Shown in pieces: positions 17,609-26,643 of a DNA stretch of 64,000 nt. The stretch comes from an uncultured delta proteobacterium (GTDB lineage Bacteria; Myxococcota_A; Polyangia; Fen-1088): assembly GCA_963796685.1 (NCBI GenBank), contig CAWCMR010000025.1, positions 1,920,001 to 1,984,000 on the forward strand, in the 5' to 3' direction. Below the pieces are notes generated by a model. That model had not been told where the DNA came from. It did not search any database and saw only the letters and a list, made by a program, of their open reading frames with translations. How positions within the stretch are numbered: the stretch's first letter is position 1; each line of letters opens with the position of its first letter. Position numbers and translations under genes: made by a program.

Positions 17609-19645
17609 CGTGAGTTTACCGGACGAGCGCTGGTTTGAGCTCTGAGCCACCGCGCCAGGGCCACTGTTTTCCGTCGGTGACCATGGTGTGTGTCCACGCC
17701 CGCGCAGCGTATATACTAACTAATGTTGGTCAGCTTCTCGGCGTTTGTCCACCCGCAGACACAACATGTCGACGGTGACGCGGGAGAGGTTGGTCGCGCA
17801 TATTTGCTTGCCTTGATATGTTTTGCTGGTGTATATACTAACAATGGCAAGCCTGCAGCGAGTCCACGTTCGCGGCCACACCTACTGGCGCATCGTCGAG
17901 TCCCACCGTGTTGGCGGAAAGCCCCGTCTCTCCGTGGTTGCCCACCTCGGCAAGGCCGATGATTTGCTCCTCAGGCTCAAGGCCGCCGATTCCCTTCGCA
18001 TCAAGTCCCTCTCCCATGGCGCCGTCGCGGCTATTCTCGCAGTGGCTCGCGAGCTCGACGTTGCCGGCACGATCGACCGTCACCTGGCCACCGGCGGGCG
18101 TCGAGACCGACATGCCTCGCGCCATGTCCCTGACCCACGGCGCCGCCCCGAACGCCATGATGGTCTCAGCGCTGGTCAGACCTTCGAGTTGGGCTGTGTC
18201 GGCAGGGCTTGTCATGCTACGAGTAAGCGAGCTTTTGCCGAGTGGGCACGCTCGACGACTCTGGGCGAGCTCGCCAAGATAGACGTCGACCTGCTTTCCA
18301 GTCAGCACTTCTGGGATCAGATGGACCAATTGCCGGTTGAGATCCTTGCATCCGTAGAACGCGAAATCGTAGGCCGTGCTTTGGAGCGCTTCGATCTCAA
18401 GCTCGACACAGTCCTCTACGACGCCACCAATTTTTTCACCTTCATCGATTCCACGAATACCCGCCCCAAGCTCCCCGCACGCGGCCACAACAAACAGAAG
18501 CGACATGACTTGCGCCAGCTTGGCGTTGCACTCTTGTGCACCCGCGATGAAGGGGTGCCGCTTTTCCACCGGACTTATGGCGGTGAAGTCCACGATGCGC
18601 GATCGTTTGCCGACCTCATCCCGACGATTCAGGAACGCCTCGTCGAGATTGGCCGAGATTTGCAGTCCATGACCATGGTGTACGACAAGGGCAACGTCTC
18701 GCGGGCGAACCAGGAGCGCGTGGATGCGTCGAGGATTCATTACGTTGCCTCTCTTGCTGTCTCGAATCAGCGTCCCCTTATCACGGAAGCGAATTCGCAC
18801 CTTGAGTCCGTCAAGCTCAGCGAGAAGGAATCCGTCCAGGCCTACCGCACCCGACGAAAGGTCTGGGGCGCTGAACGCACCGTCGTAGTCGTGGTCTCCG
18901 AATCGTTTCGTGCGGGGCAGCTGCGAGGGGTCCTCCAGCACATAGCCTCCGCGCAGAAGTGGCTCGACCATCTGGCCAACACGTTGGCGCGGGGCAGGCA
19001 ACGACGTTCGCGCGAGGCCATTGAGCGCGACATCCAGACCCGACTAATGGGACGCCAGCACCTGCAACAGGTCATCCGATGGGAGCTGACTGGAGACAAG
19101 CAGCTCTCGCTCAAGCACGAGGTCGATGCCCAAGCGATTGAGGCTCTGTCACGCGACGTGCTCGGTCACCTCATCCTCATGACCGATAGGGACACTTGGT
19201 CCACCGAGGACATCATCCGCGCTTACCGCGGTCAGGCCCACGTCGAGGCCGTCTTCGCTCATCTCAAGGATCCTATGCACGTGATGCTTCGGCCTCAGTA
19301 CCACTGGACCGACCAGAAACTCCATGTCCACGTCTTCATGTGCGTTGTCGCCTATCTGCTCGCCCGACTTCTTCATCTCCGCGCTCAGCGTGCAGGCTAC
19401 CGCCACTGCCAAGAGGCCTTGCTCGACGGCCTCGCACAGATCAGAAAGGCCACCGTCATCCGCACGACCTCCAAGAAATCACTACGCACGACCACCCAAC
19501 TCGAGGACATTCAACCTGATCTCCAGAGCCTCGTGGACCAGCTCGGGGTTGCCCTCTAAAATTAGTATATACGTCCAACTACACAGAATTGTCTGCAATT
19601 CTGTGTAGTTGGACGTCCCTTCTCCCCTCGTCCGGTAAACTCACG
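17609..19645 (+). mobile_element. IS1634-family insertion sequence
   Basis: Perfect 19-bp terminal inverted repeats (CGTGAGTTTACCGGACGAG), flanked by CTAG at 17605-17608 and 19646-19649. Confidence 0.92.
17844..19559 (+). CDS. IS1634-family DDE transposase
   Basis: VLYDATNFFTF, RGHNKQKRHDLRQ, VYDKG, Y..Q..VEAVF..LK, RPQYHWTDQKLHVHVFMCVVAYLL. Confidence 0.9.
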   Translation: MASLQRVHVRGHTYWRIVESHRVGGKPRLSVVAHLGKADDLLLRLKAADSLRIKSLSHGAVAAILAVARELDVAGTIDRHLATGGRRDRHASRHVPDPRRRPERHDGLSAGQTFELGCVGRACHATSKRAFAEWARSTTLGELAKIDVDLLSSQHFWDQMDQLPVEILASVEREIVGRALERFDLKLDTVLYDATNFFTFIDSTNTRPKLPARGHNKQKRHDLRQLGVALLCTRDEGVPLFHRTYGGEVHDARSFADLIPTIQERLVEIGRDLQSMTMVYDKGNVSRANQERVDASRIHYVASLAVSNQRPLITEANSHLESVKLSEKESVQAYRTRRKVWGAERTVVVVVSESFRAGQLRGVLQHIASAQKWLDHLANTLARGRQRRSREAIERDIQTRLMGRQHLQQVIRWELTGDKQLSLKHEVDAQAIEALSRDVLGHLILMTDRDTWSTEDIIRAYRGQAHVEAVFAHLKDPMHVMLRPQYHWTDQKLHVHVFMCVVAYLLARLLHLRAQRAGYRHCQEALLDGLAQIRKATVIRTTSKKSLRTTTQLEDIQPDLQSLVDQLGVAL

Positions 19646-22163
19646 CTAGGCCCGGACCGAGGAGCGTCGACAGCGTCTGGAAGTCCTCGTAGCAGTACTC
19701 CGACAGCAGTGGGATGATGTCGTCCCTGAGTATTTCGGCGAACCGCGCGAGTTGCGTCACAGGCGCGCCGCCCTCCAGCAGATACGAATGGCCAACCTGC
19801 AAATGACGGGCGTCGCGGCCAACGTGCTTCGCGATCCGCCGGTTCAGCTCATCCAGCCACGGGCCCAGCGGAATTCCTCCCACCGTGGCGCCTTTGAGCA
19901 AGTCCGTGTCGGGCATCAGCTCGATGAACGCGAACCGGCGACGGAGAGCCGCATCGAGAAGGGCGATCGATCGGTCCGCCGTGTTCATGGTTCCGATCAC
20001 GTACACGTTCTCCGGCACGACAAGTTGTTCGCCGCTAACCGGTAGCGTGACCGGCTGGCCGCGCTTGTCCTTCTCCAATGCCACCAGCAGCTCCCCGAAT
20101 ATTCTCGGGATGTCGCCGCGGTTAATCTCGTCGATGACCAGGAAGAACGAGCGCTGTTTCTCGGCACGCGCCCGCGCGCAAATCGCTTTGAAGATGCCGC
20201 TGCGAAGCTCGTAGCCGATGCGCCCATCCTGACGGGCGACGGGGCGATAGCCCTCGATGAAGTCCTCATAGCCGTATGCCGGGTGGAAGCAGCAAGTCTC
20301 CACGGACCTCGATTCGGCCAAGGCTTGGCGCTGCTCCGGTGTCAGCTCCTGCAACGTGGACTTGAAGCGATCGCGTACCGCCAGCTCGCTCGCCGTCCTC
20401 ATCGCCCAGTATGTCTTTCCGGTCCCGGGCGGCCCGTAGAGGATAACCTGACGCTTGCGGTCCAGTGCCGCCTGAATGTGAGCCTGCACTCCTTCGAGCG
20501 GCTGCGGTGCGCGGCGAACGCCGCCCATGCTAGACGGTCCCGTCTCGACTGTTCCCGAGGTCTGATCCAGAACCCGCCGCTCCGCCTCGACCAGATTCTC
20601 CGGATGGCGTCGCAGCGCCACGAAGGTCGTTCGCAGTCCCTCCGGATTCGGGCTCTGCCACTCGCCCAGATTCAACCAGCGGACAGGCCGTTGGTGCGGG
20701 CACTCCACGCCCGGCTTGTAGATGTATGGCCCGGCGATCTCCGCCACGCCCAACACGCGCCCGCCCTGCATCGCGAGCACGACATCGCGAGGCTCGGGGC
20801 GCTGGGCGAAGCGAAGAAGCTCGCTGACCTGTCGGCCGATGGATGTCGGCGTTGAAGGATAGGTCTCCTCCATCAGCTTGCGAAGGTCATCCTGCGGCTT
20901 CGGGCTCTCGAGTAGAGGTCGAAGGTCCGGAAGCTTTGCCCAACCAACCGCGATGACGTTCTCGACCTGCATGACCGGCCAGTACTCCCCAGCCTCGCCT
21001 GTACCCACACGCCAGTACGAGTATGGGGTACCGTGCAGCCGGTTCAGGACGGTTGTCAGCGTCGTCACCGCCCATCCAAGTTGGCGAGCAATGGCAAGGA
21101 AAAGCTCAGCGTTCCTATATCTGCCCCCTCTCGGCATTTGGAGAAGCTTGACGAGGTGGAATTCCTGATAGTGGAGCGCGTGGTAGTCGTCGAGAATCTC
21201 TGGGAACAGAACGCTGAAGTACTTGTGCCCCCATGCCGTGTCCGCGAGGTTGGGAGCTGCTTCGCTCAGACGCCGTTCGAGACTCTCGTAGTCGACCGAC
21301 GCCGGATTCGCATTGTACTCGGCCAGGACGGCGGCCCCTGCCACCAACTCGTTGCGTTGGCTGAGGGTCTGGGCAATCGCCTCGTCAACGGACACCGTCC
21401 TTTGCTGCTGGGCCGATCCAGCCATCCACAGCCTCGTCTCGGTGCTTTGATAGATGCCGAACTTCAGGGCGCTGCCACCAGAGATGCTGCCGAACTGCGC
21501 GGGGAACTCCTCGTCGTTCTTGAACTCCAGCCAATACACGAGGCTGTCCTTGTTTCCGCGGCTGTGCATTTTCAGCAGCAGATCTTCGCCTTGGATGCCC
21601 GACAGGATCTCCGGCCCGAACCGCCGACGGAAGTTGTCGTAGCACTGGCGCAGCCGCTCCCCAGTGAGGAGCTCGCCTTTCGCCTCCAACGCCTGATGGC
21701 GCCCGCGCAATCGCTCCAAGACCTTGGGTGCCAGCTCAGGTTCGGCGTCTCCCCGACGATCCGACGACGGCCGCGAACGGCCAGCGACTTCTGCCGACAG
21801 GGCGTACTCATCCACGTTGCCCGCCGTGGCCCCCTCCTCGGTGAGCTGCCATAAGCCACGGCTTGGGTTCGTCACCAACCCCGCCGCCTTCAAGTAGCTG
21901 CGCGCCCAGGCCATCCGGTACTCAACCTCGGACTGTCCGTCGGGCACCGCAGGATCATGTGGCACGCCCAGCACGCCCTCGGATAGCTTCAAGTCTCGCG
22001 TGACTCTTTCGTCGATGGCGGAGATCGGCCCGCCGCCGCCTAGGTCGCGCAGAGCCTTCAGAATGGGGTTCATGTACGTCTGGTACACGGGAACCGCTGG
22101 CCCCTCCCGATCGAAATGTGTCTCTCTATCCGTCATTTCGCTCTCCATGGTCCCATGTCCAAG

Positions 22164-22652
22164 CTAGGGACCTGTGGCCGCATCTCGCAATGCCTGCAGC
22201 AAGTTCGCGATTCTCCGTGCAACCACGTCGATCTCCTGGCCCTCTCCGCAGTCCGCACCGACGGAGAAGATCGCCTGAGCGACTGCCTGGTCAAGGAACG
22301 GCCCCAGATCTTCACGGCTCTTCAATGCCGACACCCTGTTGACAACGCCACCTCCTGGTTGAGCCCCCGCCCAGGCGCGCAGGGTAAGTTTGCCAGGATG
22401 AACAATCGCAGGATCGTTAGCCCAGAACCACACATGGGGAACCTCAAAGGATTCGATTGTCCAATACCGGTACCGTGATCCGGGAAATCCGGTGGTCTTC
22501 TCCCGGATTTCCTCGCCAAGCACCCTAGCGGCTGCGTCTCTAAGGCTACTGAGCATTTCGTTCACGCATTTCTCGAACGCAGCGGCGGCCTCCTGAACGA
22601 CCTTCGCATGCTCACCGTAGAGACGTGCCAATTCTGTGAACTTGATTTGCAT
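22164..22652 (-). CDS. hypothetical protein in the defence operon
   Basis: ATG 22652 overlaps the upstream stop (TAATG) and has a GGAGG RBS. Confidence 0.65.
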   Translation of the reverse strand: MQIKFTELARLYGEHAKVVQEAAAAFEKCVNEMLSSLRDAAARVLGEEIREKTTGFPGSRYRYWTIESFEVPHVWFWANDPAIVHPGKLTLRAWAGAQPGGGVVNRVSALKSREDLGPFLDQAVAQAIFSVGADCGEGQEIDVVARRIANLLQALRDAATGP

Positions 22653-23539
22653 TATGCCCTCCATCCAAGCAAGCGGACGATCGCGAACAGAGCGCCAAAG
22701 TCGATTCCAGCACAGGGAGCCGCGATTTTCCTCCCAGGGTCTGACTCCCATCGGGTGATGTCCTCCAGCGCGGGGAAAAGATCGCGCTGGGGGAGGTCGG
22801 CGTGCCGTACGAAGTGGGTAAGGACGATTCCGAAGGCAACTCGAAGATCGGCTGGCACCTGCTGACGTTCAAGTGCCTCCGCGAGACTCAGTACGACTCC
22901 GAAGAAACTGGCTGAGCGTGCCGCGGGGTTGGCAGCGGCTGCATTGTCCAGGGTTAGGAAGATCACCTCGACTTGCCGTGCCTCCCTCTGCAACCTTCGA
23001 AGCACCGCGTCCGCATAGGCGTAGGTCTGCATCCGACCGCTGGGAGTGGCATGCTCCGCGGTTCCAGTCTTAGCTTCGATGACGAGTGTGAAGTCGTCGA
23101 AGGCAAACACCAGATCGGGGATTCCGTCCTCCGTGGCGAGCCATGGCTGAGGCAGAACGGGTCTGTTGATCCGGTTCTCAATACCTACGTGCTGGAGCAG
23201 CGCCTGCTGTCGCAATAGCGCGGTTGGAGGATGGGTCGAGGGATCGAGGGCCCAGGCTATCAGCCGAGTGTAGGAGTTCTCGATGGAGGTTGCGCCGATG
23301 ACCGAGACGAGGTCGTGTTCAACTCGCCAGCGACAAGCAATCTCAGCCACGTTACGCAGTTGTTGCGCATGGCACACAGCTTGTCTTGTCAGACACTTGG
23401 TCGCTTCCTCGACGAAGCTTCGAAAGCTCTCGGTCTTGGGTCGGGATTGCGCGAGCTGCCGTTCCCTCGTGGCAGCCACAAGCGGCTCTGCCTTCGACAC
23501 AAAGGCCGCAAAAGCCGCAAATGTTCCTTGCGCGTTCAT
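22652..23539 (-). CDS. PD-(D/E)XK nuclease family protein
   Basis: ENSYTRLIAWALDP...IPDLVF....LVIEAK....H....Q...Y. Confidence 0.8.
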   Translation of the reverse strand: MNAQGTFAAFAAFVSKAEPLVAATRERQLAQSRPKTESFRSFVEEATKCLTRQAVCHAQQLRNVAEIACRWRVEHDLVSVIGATSIENSYTRLIAWALDPSTHPPTALLRQQALLQHVGIENRINRPVLPQPWLATEDGIPDLVFAFDDFTLVIEAKTGTAEHATPSGRMQTYAYADAVLRRLQREARQVEVIFLTLDNAAAANPAARSASFFGVVLSLAEALERQQVPADLRVAFGIVLTHFVRHADLPQRDLFPALEDITRWESDPGRKIAAPCAGIDFGALFAIVRLLGWRA

Positions 23540-24312
23540 GATCCCCTCCCCTTGAACTCCCACTCCCGATGCCACTTCAAATACCCCCGGTGCCCCTCCG
23601 CCAGCCGGCTCACCCGCAGAGGCAGCGCCAGCCCCAGGTGGTTCCGGTCAGGCGGGGCCAACTGCGCCGACACGACAACCTCCCCGTCATCCGTCACGGT
23701 GATGAACCCCGCGTCGAACGCAGCGTCCAGATGTGGTGCCAGCAGCAACCCGTTGAAGACGTCCAGCCGTTCGGCGTCGGTATCGCACTTGGCCCAGGGC
23801 TTGATGTGGCTCGCGCGCAGCAGCTCGGGCACTGCCAGCCCGGTCACGGCGCAGCGGCCGTCCCAGTAGTCGAGCAGGCCGGCGCGGAAGACGTCTTGGC
23901 CGACGCGCTGGATGACCAGGCGCTCGGCCTCGGTGGTGCGGGGCATGGCCGCGGTTCGATTCTCGAACTGAATCAGTAGCTCGTCTGGCAGGGTGCGGGA
24001 GAGCTGGAAGGAGCGGCGGACCAGGCGATGCAGGGCCGGGATGTCGACGACGGATCGGGCCGCGGCGGCGCCGGTGGGCAAGGGCGAGAGCACGGTGCTG
24101 CCCAGCTCGGCCAGGGCGCGGGCCACGTTGGCCTGCGAGAAGGCGGCGATGAACAGGGCGTCGCTGAAGGTGGACAGCCACAGGCGCAGCGGTGCCTGGG
24201 TGCTGGCGTAGGCGAGCCAGTTGCCCTCGCGCGGCAGCTCGCGGTCGAATCCGTTGTCGACGGCGACTTTCTCCAGCAGGGTGGCGATGGCGGGCGTCAG
24301 GGAGATGGTCAT
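23536..24312 (-). CDS. HNH endonuclease
   Basis: RVGQDVFR..LLDYWDGRCAVTG..LLRASHIKPW..ERLDVFNGLLLAPHLDAAFD.G. Confidence 0.9.
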   Translation of the reverse strand: MTISLTPAIATLLEKVAVDNGFDRELPREGNWLAYASTQAPLRLWLSTFSDALFIAAFSQANVARALAELGSTVLSPLPTGAAAARSVVDIPALHRLVRRSFQLSRTLPDELLIQFENRTAAMPRTTEAERLVIQRVGQDVFRAGLLDYWDGRCAVTGLAVPELLRASHIKPWAKCDTDAERLDVFNGLLLAPHLDAAFDAGFITVTDDGEVVVSAQLAPPDRNHLGLALPLRVSRLAEGHRGYLKWHREWEFKGRGS

Positions 24313-25388
24313 CGTCGCCGCCCTTTCTTGGCCATTGAGCTCGGGATGAGCGCCTTGGGTTTCTGCCCGCCCTCCAGACGGCGCGTTTCCTCGACGACAC
24401 GGTCGAAGTCCGAGAGGTACTCGGCGTCCTGCCGCTTGCGGTAGCTTTCGTACTCGCCCTCGGCTTTGAGCTTCGCCTCGAGCGCGCTGACCTTCCCCTT
24501 GTCAGCGAGGATCGGATAGCTCGACAACTCCAGGAAGCTGTCGAGGAAGCCGACCCAGTCGGCCATCTTCATCAGGATGCCCCGCTGTGCGCGGTTCTCG
24601 GCGAGGTCGAGGTACGCCGAGACGATGCGGTTGAGCTCCTTGACGTGCGCTTCGCCAAGGTAGTTCTTGGCCACCGTGACATCGGATTTCAGGATCTTGC
24701 CGTGGGGCGCATGCTTCCATGTCGTCAGGCCCATGAAGAGCTTCGCCGCGTCGGCCTTGGCATAGATCAGCTCGGCCGCGGTCTGGCCAGTGATCGCCCA
24801 GTGCAGCTTGTTCTGCACGTTCGCGAAGAAATCGCGCGTGAGCGCCGCGTTGGCATCGTAGTCGGCGGAGAGGGCATAGATGTCGGTGATCTTCTGGTAG
24901 AACCGCCGCTCGCTCGCGCGGATCTCGCGGATGCGCTCGAGCAACTCGTCGAAGTAGTCCTTGCCGAAGATCGCCCTGCCTTGCTTCAGACGGTCATCGT
25001 CCAGCACGAAGCCCTTGATGATAAATTCGCGCAGGGTCTTGGTCGCCCAGATGCGGAACTGCGTGGCCTGGTAGCTGTTAACCCGGTAGCCGACCGCAAT
25101 AATGGCGTCGAGGTTGTAGAACCGGGTCTGGTAGCTTTTCCCGTCGGCGGCAGTAGTTTCCAAAATGGAAACAACTGACCCTTGCTGCAGCTCCCCCGAC
25201 TCGAAGATGTTCTTCAGGTGCTTGGTGACAGCCGGCACCTTGACACCGAACAGCTCGGCCAGCGCCTTCTGGGTCAACCAGGCGGTCTCCTCCTTGAAGA
25301 GAACCCGCACCTTCACCGCGCCATCGGGCGCCGAGTAAAGAAAGAACTCGGCCGCGGCCGGGACCAGGCTCTTGGAATCGTCGGTCAT
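24309..25388 (-). CDS. rhuM: RhuM-family protein
   Basis: ETAWLTQKALAELF, YNLDAIIAVGYRVNS..ATQFRIWA, YFDELLERIREIRASERRFYQKITDIY; start moved to ATG 25388. Confidence 0.9.
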   Translation of the reverse strand: MTDDSKSLVPAAAEFFLYSAPDGAVKVRVLFKEETAWLTQKALAELFGVKVPAVTKHLKNIFESGELQQGSVVSILETTAADGKSYQTRFYNLDAIIAVGYRVNSYQATQFRIWATKTLREFIIKGFVLDDDRLKQGRAIFGKDYFDELLERIREIRASERRFYQKITDIYALSADYDANAALTRDFFANVQNKLHWAITGQTAAELIYAKADAAKLFMGLTTWKHAPHGKILKSDVTVAKNYLGEAHVKELNRIVSAYLDLAENRAQRGILMKMADWVGFLDSFLELSSYPILADKGKVSALEAKLKAEGEYESYRKRQDAEYLSDFDRVVEETRRLEGGQKPKALIPSSMAKKGRRR

Positions 25389-25422
25389 GGGGATGGCCCT
25401 CCGCAGTCCGGTGAGTTTGCGC

Positions 25423-26643
25423 TCATCGCTTGCTGCCTCGGCTGTCGGGGTGAACGATACGCCGGCCGGCGGGGGGCGGATCCGCTGGATTCGCCGTGGG
25501 CTCGGCGGACTCGAGCTGCGCGTAGAGCTCGTGGAGCTTGCGGCGGAGCAGCGCCTTGGACGGAAGCGCGGTCTGATACTCTGCGACCAGCGTGGGCGAG
25601 GCCGTTCGTGCAAGGGCGTACTCGACGACCTCGTTATCCTTGGTCGCGCAGAGCAGGACGCCGATCGAGGGCTCTTCGTGCGACTTCTTCACGTCGCGGT
25701 CGAGGGCTTCGACGTAGAAGCTCAGCTTGCCGAGATCCTCGGGGCGGAAGTCGCGCACTTTCAGTTCGAACGCGACAAGGCAGGATAGGCCCCGGTGGAA
25801 GAAGACGAGGTCGATGGCGAAGTCCTGGTTGCCGACCTGCACCGGATACTCGGAGCCGACGAAGCAGAAGTCTCGGCCCAGCTCGGTGATGAATCGGCCA
25901 AGGTTGCGCAAGAGCGCACCATGCAGGTCGGCCTCGGAGTGGTCGTCCTGCAGGTCCAGGAACTCGAGGTTGTAGGCGTTCTTGAATTCCTCGAGAGCGG
26001 CCGGATGCGTTTGTGCCACCGCTGGTGACACTGTCTTCGCGGCCGCCGCATGACGCAGGATCGCGCCCGACTGGATCTGCCGCTCGAGCTCGCGCTTGGT
26101 CCAGTGCTCTTTGATGGCGGCGAGCATGTAGTACTCACGGGTCTCTGGCGGCTTGGCCTGGCCGAGGATGATGAGGTGATGGGTCCACGGCAAAAGTCGC
26201 ACCAGCGGTGCGACTTTTGTGTCGCGTTGGTACGCCTCATAGAACTGGCGCATACGGAAGAGATTCGAGCGCGTGTAGCCGCGCATGCCTGGGTATCTGC
26301 GCGCGATGGCGGCCGCCAGCTCGTCGACCACGCCTTCGCCCCACTCGGCGGATGCGATCTTCCCGCTGATGTACTCGCCGAGCTGCCAGTAGAGGCTGAC
26401 CAGCTCGGTGTTGATGGCCTGGTACGCGCGCCGCCTGGCAGCGTCGATGAGCGCGAGAACCTCGTCGAACCTCCGACTGGGCGCAAGAGTCTCGCTTTGT
26501 CGCACCAGTGGTGCGACTTTCTGCGCCCGAGGCTTTGCGAGAGCGAGGCCCTTCGGCCTGGGCATCTTCTTGCTGGCCGCTCGCGATTGTCTCCTCGGTG
26601 CGGAGACTTTCTTGGGGCGAGGGCTCCGTCGGGGCTTCTTCAT
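25423..26643 (-). CDS. YhcG/DUF1016 PD-(D/E)XK nuclease
   Basis: INTELVSLYWQLG, NLFRMRQFY, LPWTHH, YNLEFL, IDLVFFHRGL.CLVAFELK. Confidence 0.9.
   Translation of the reverse strand: MKKPRRSPRPKKVSAPRRQSRAASKKMPRPKGLALAKPRAQKVAPLVRQSETLAPSRRFDEVLALIDAARRRAYQAINTELVSLYWQLGEYISGKIASAEWGEGVVDELAAAIARRYPGMRGYTRSNLFRMRQFYEAYQRDTKVAPLVRLLPWTHHLIILGQAKPPETREYYMLAAIKEHWTKRELERQIQSGAILRHAAAAKTVSPAVAQTHPAALEEFKNAYNLEFLDLQDDHSEADLHGALLRNLGRFITELGRDFCFVGSEYPVQVGNQDFAIDLVFFHRGLSCLVAFELKVRDFRPEDLGKLSFYVEALDRDVKKSHEEPSIGVLLCATKDNEVVEYALARTASPTLVAEYQTALPSKALLRRKLHELYAQLESAEPTANPADPPPAGRRIVHPDSRGSKR

Larger units (their letters stand above)
17405..22148 (-). pseudogene. mcrB: Mrr-N winged-helix / McrB GTPase fusion, interrupted near its 3' end by an IS
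   Basis: YRMAWARSYLKAAGLV.NPSRGLWQLT (Mrr N-term); YGPPGTGKT, FHPAYGYEDFIEG, IDEINRG, GTMNTADRSIALLDAALRRRF; removing the IS restores a 900 aa ORF. Confidence 0.88.

Noticed and set aside
17405-17650. 81 aa ORF as an independent gene
   Set aside because: It is the severed mcrB C-terminus read from inside the IS end.
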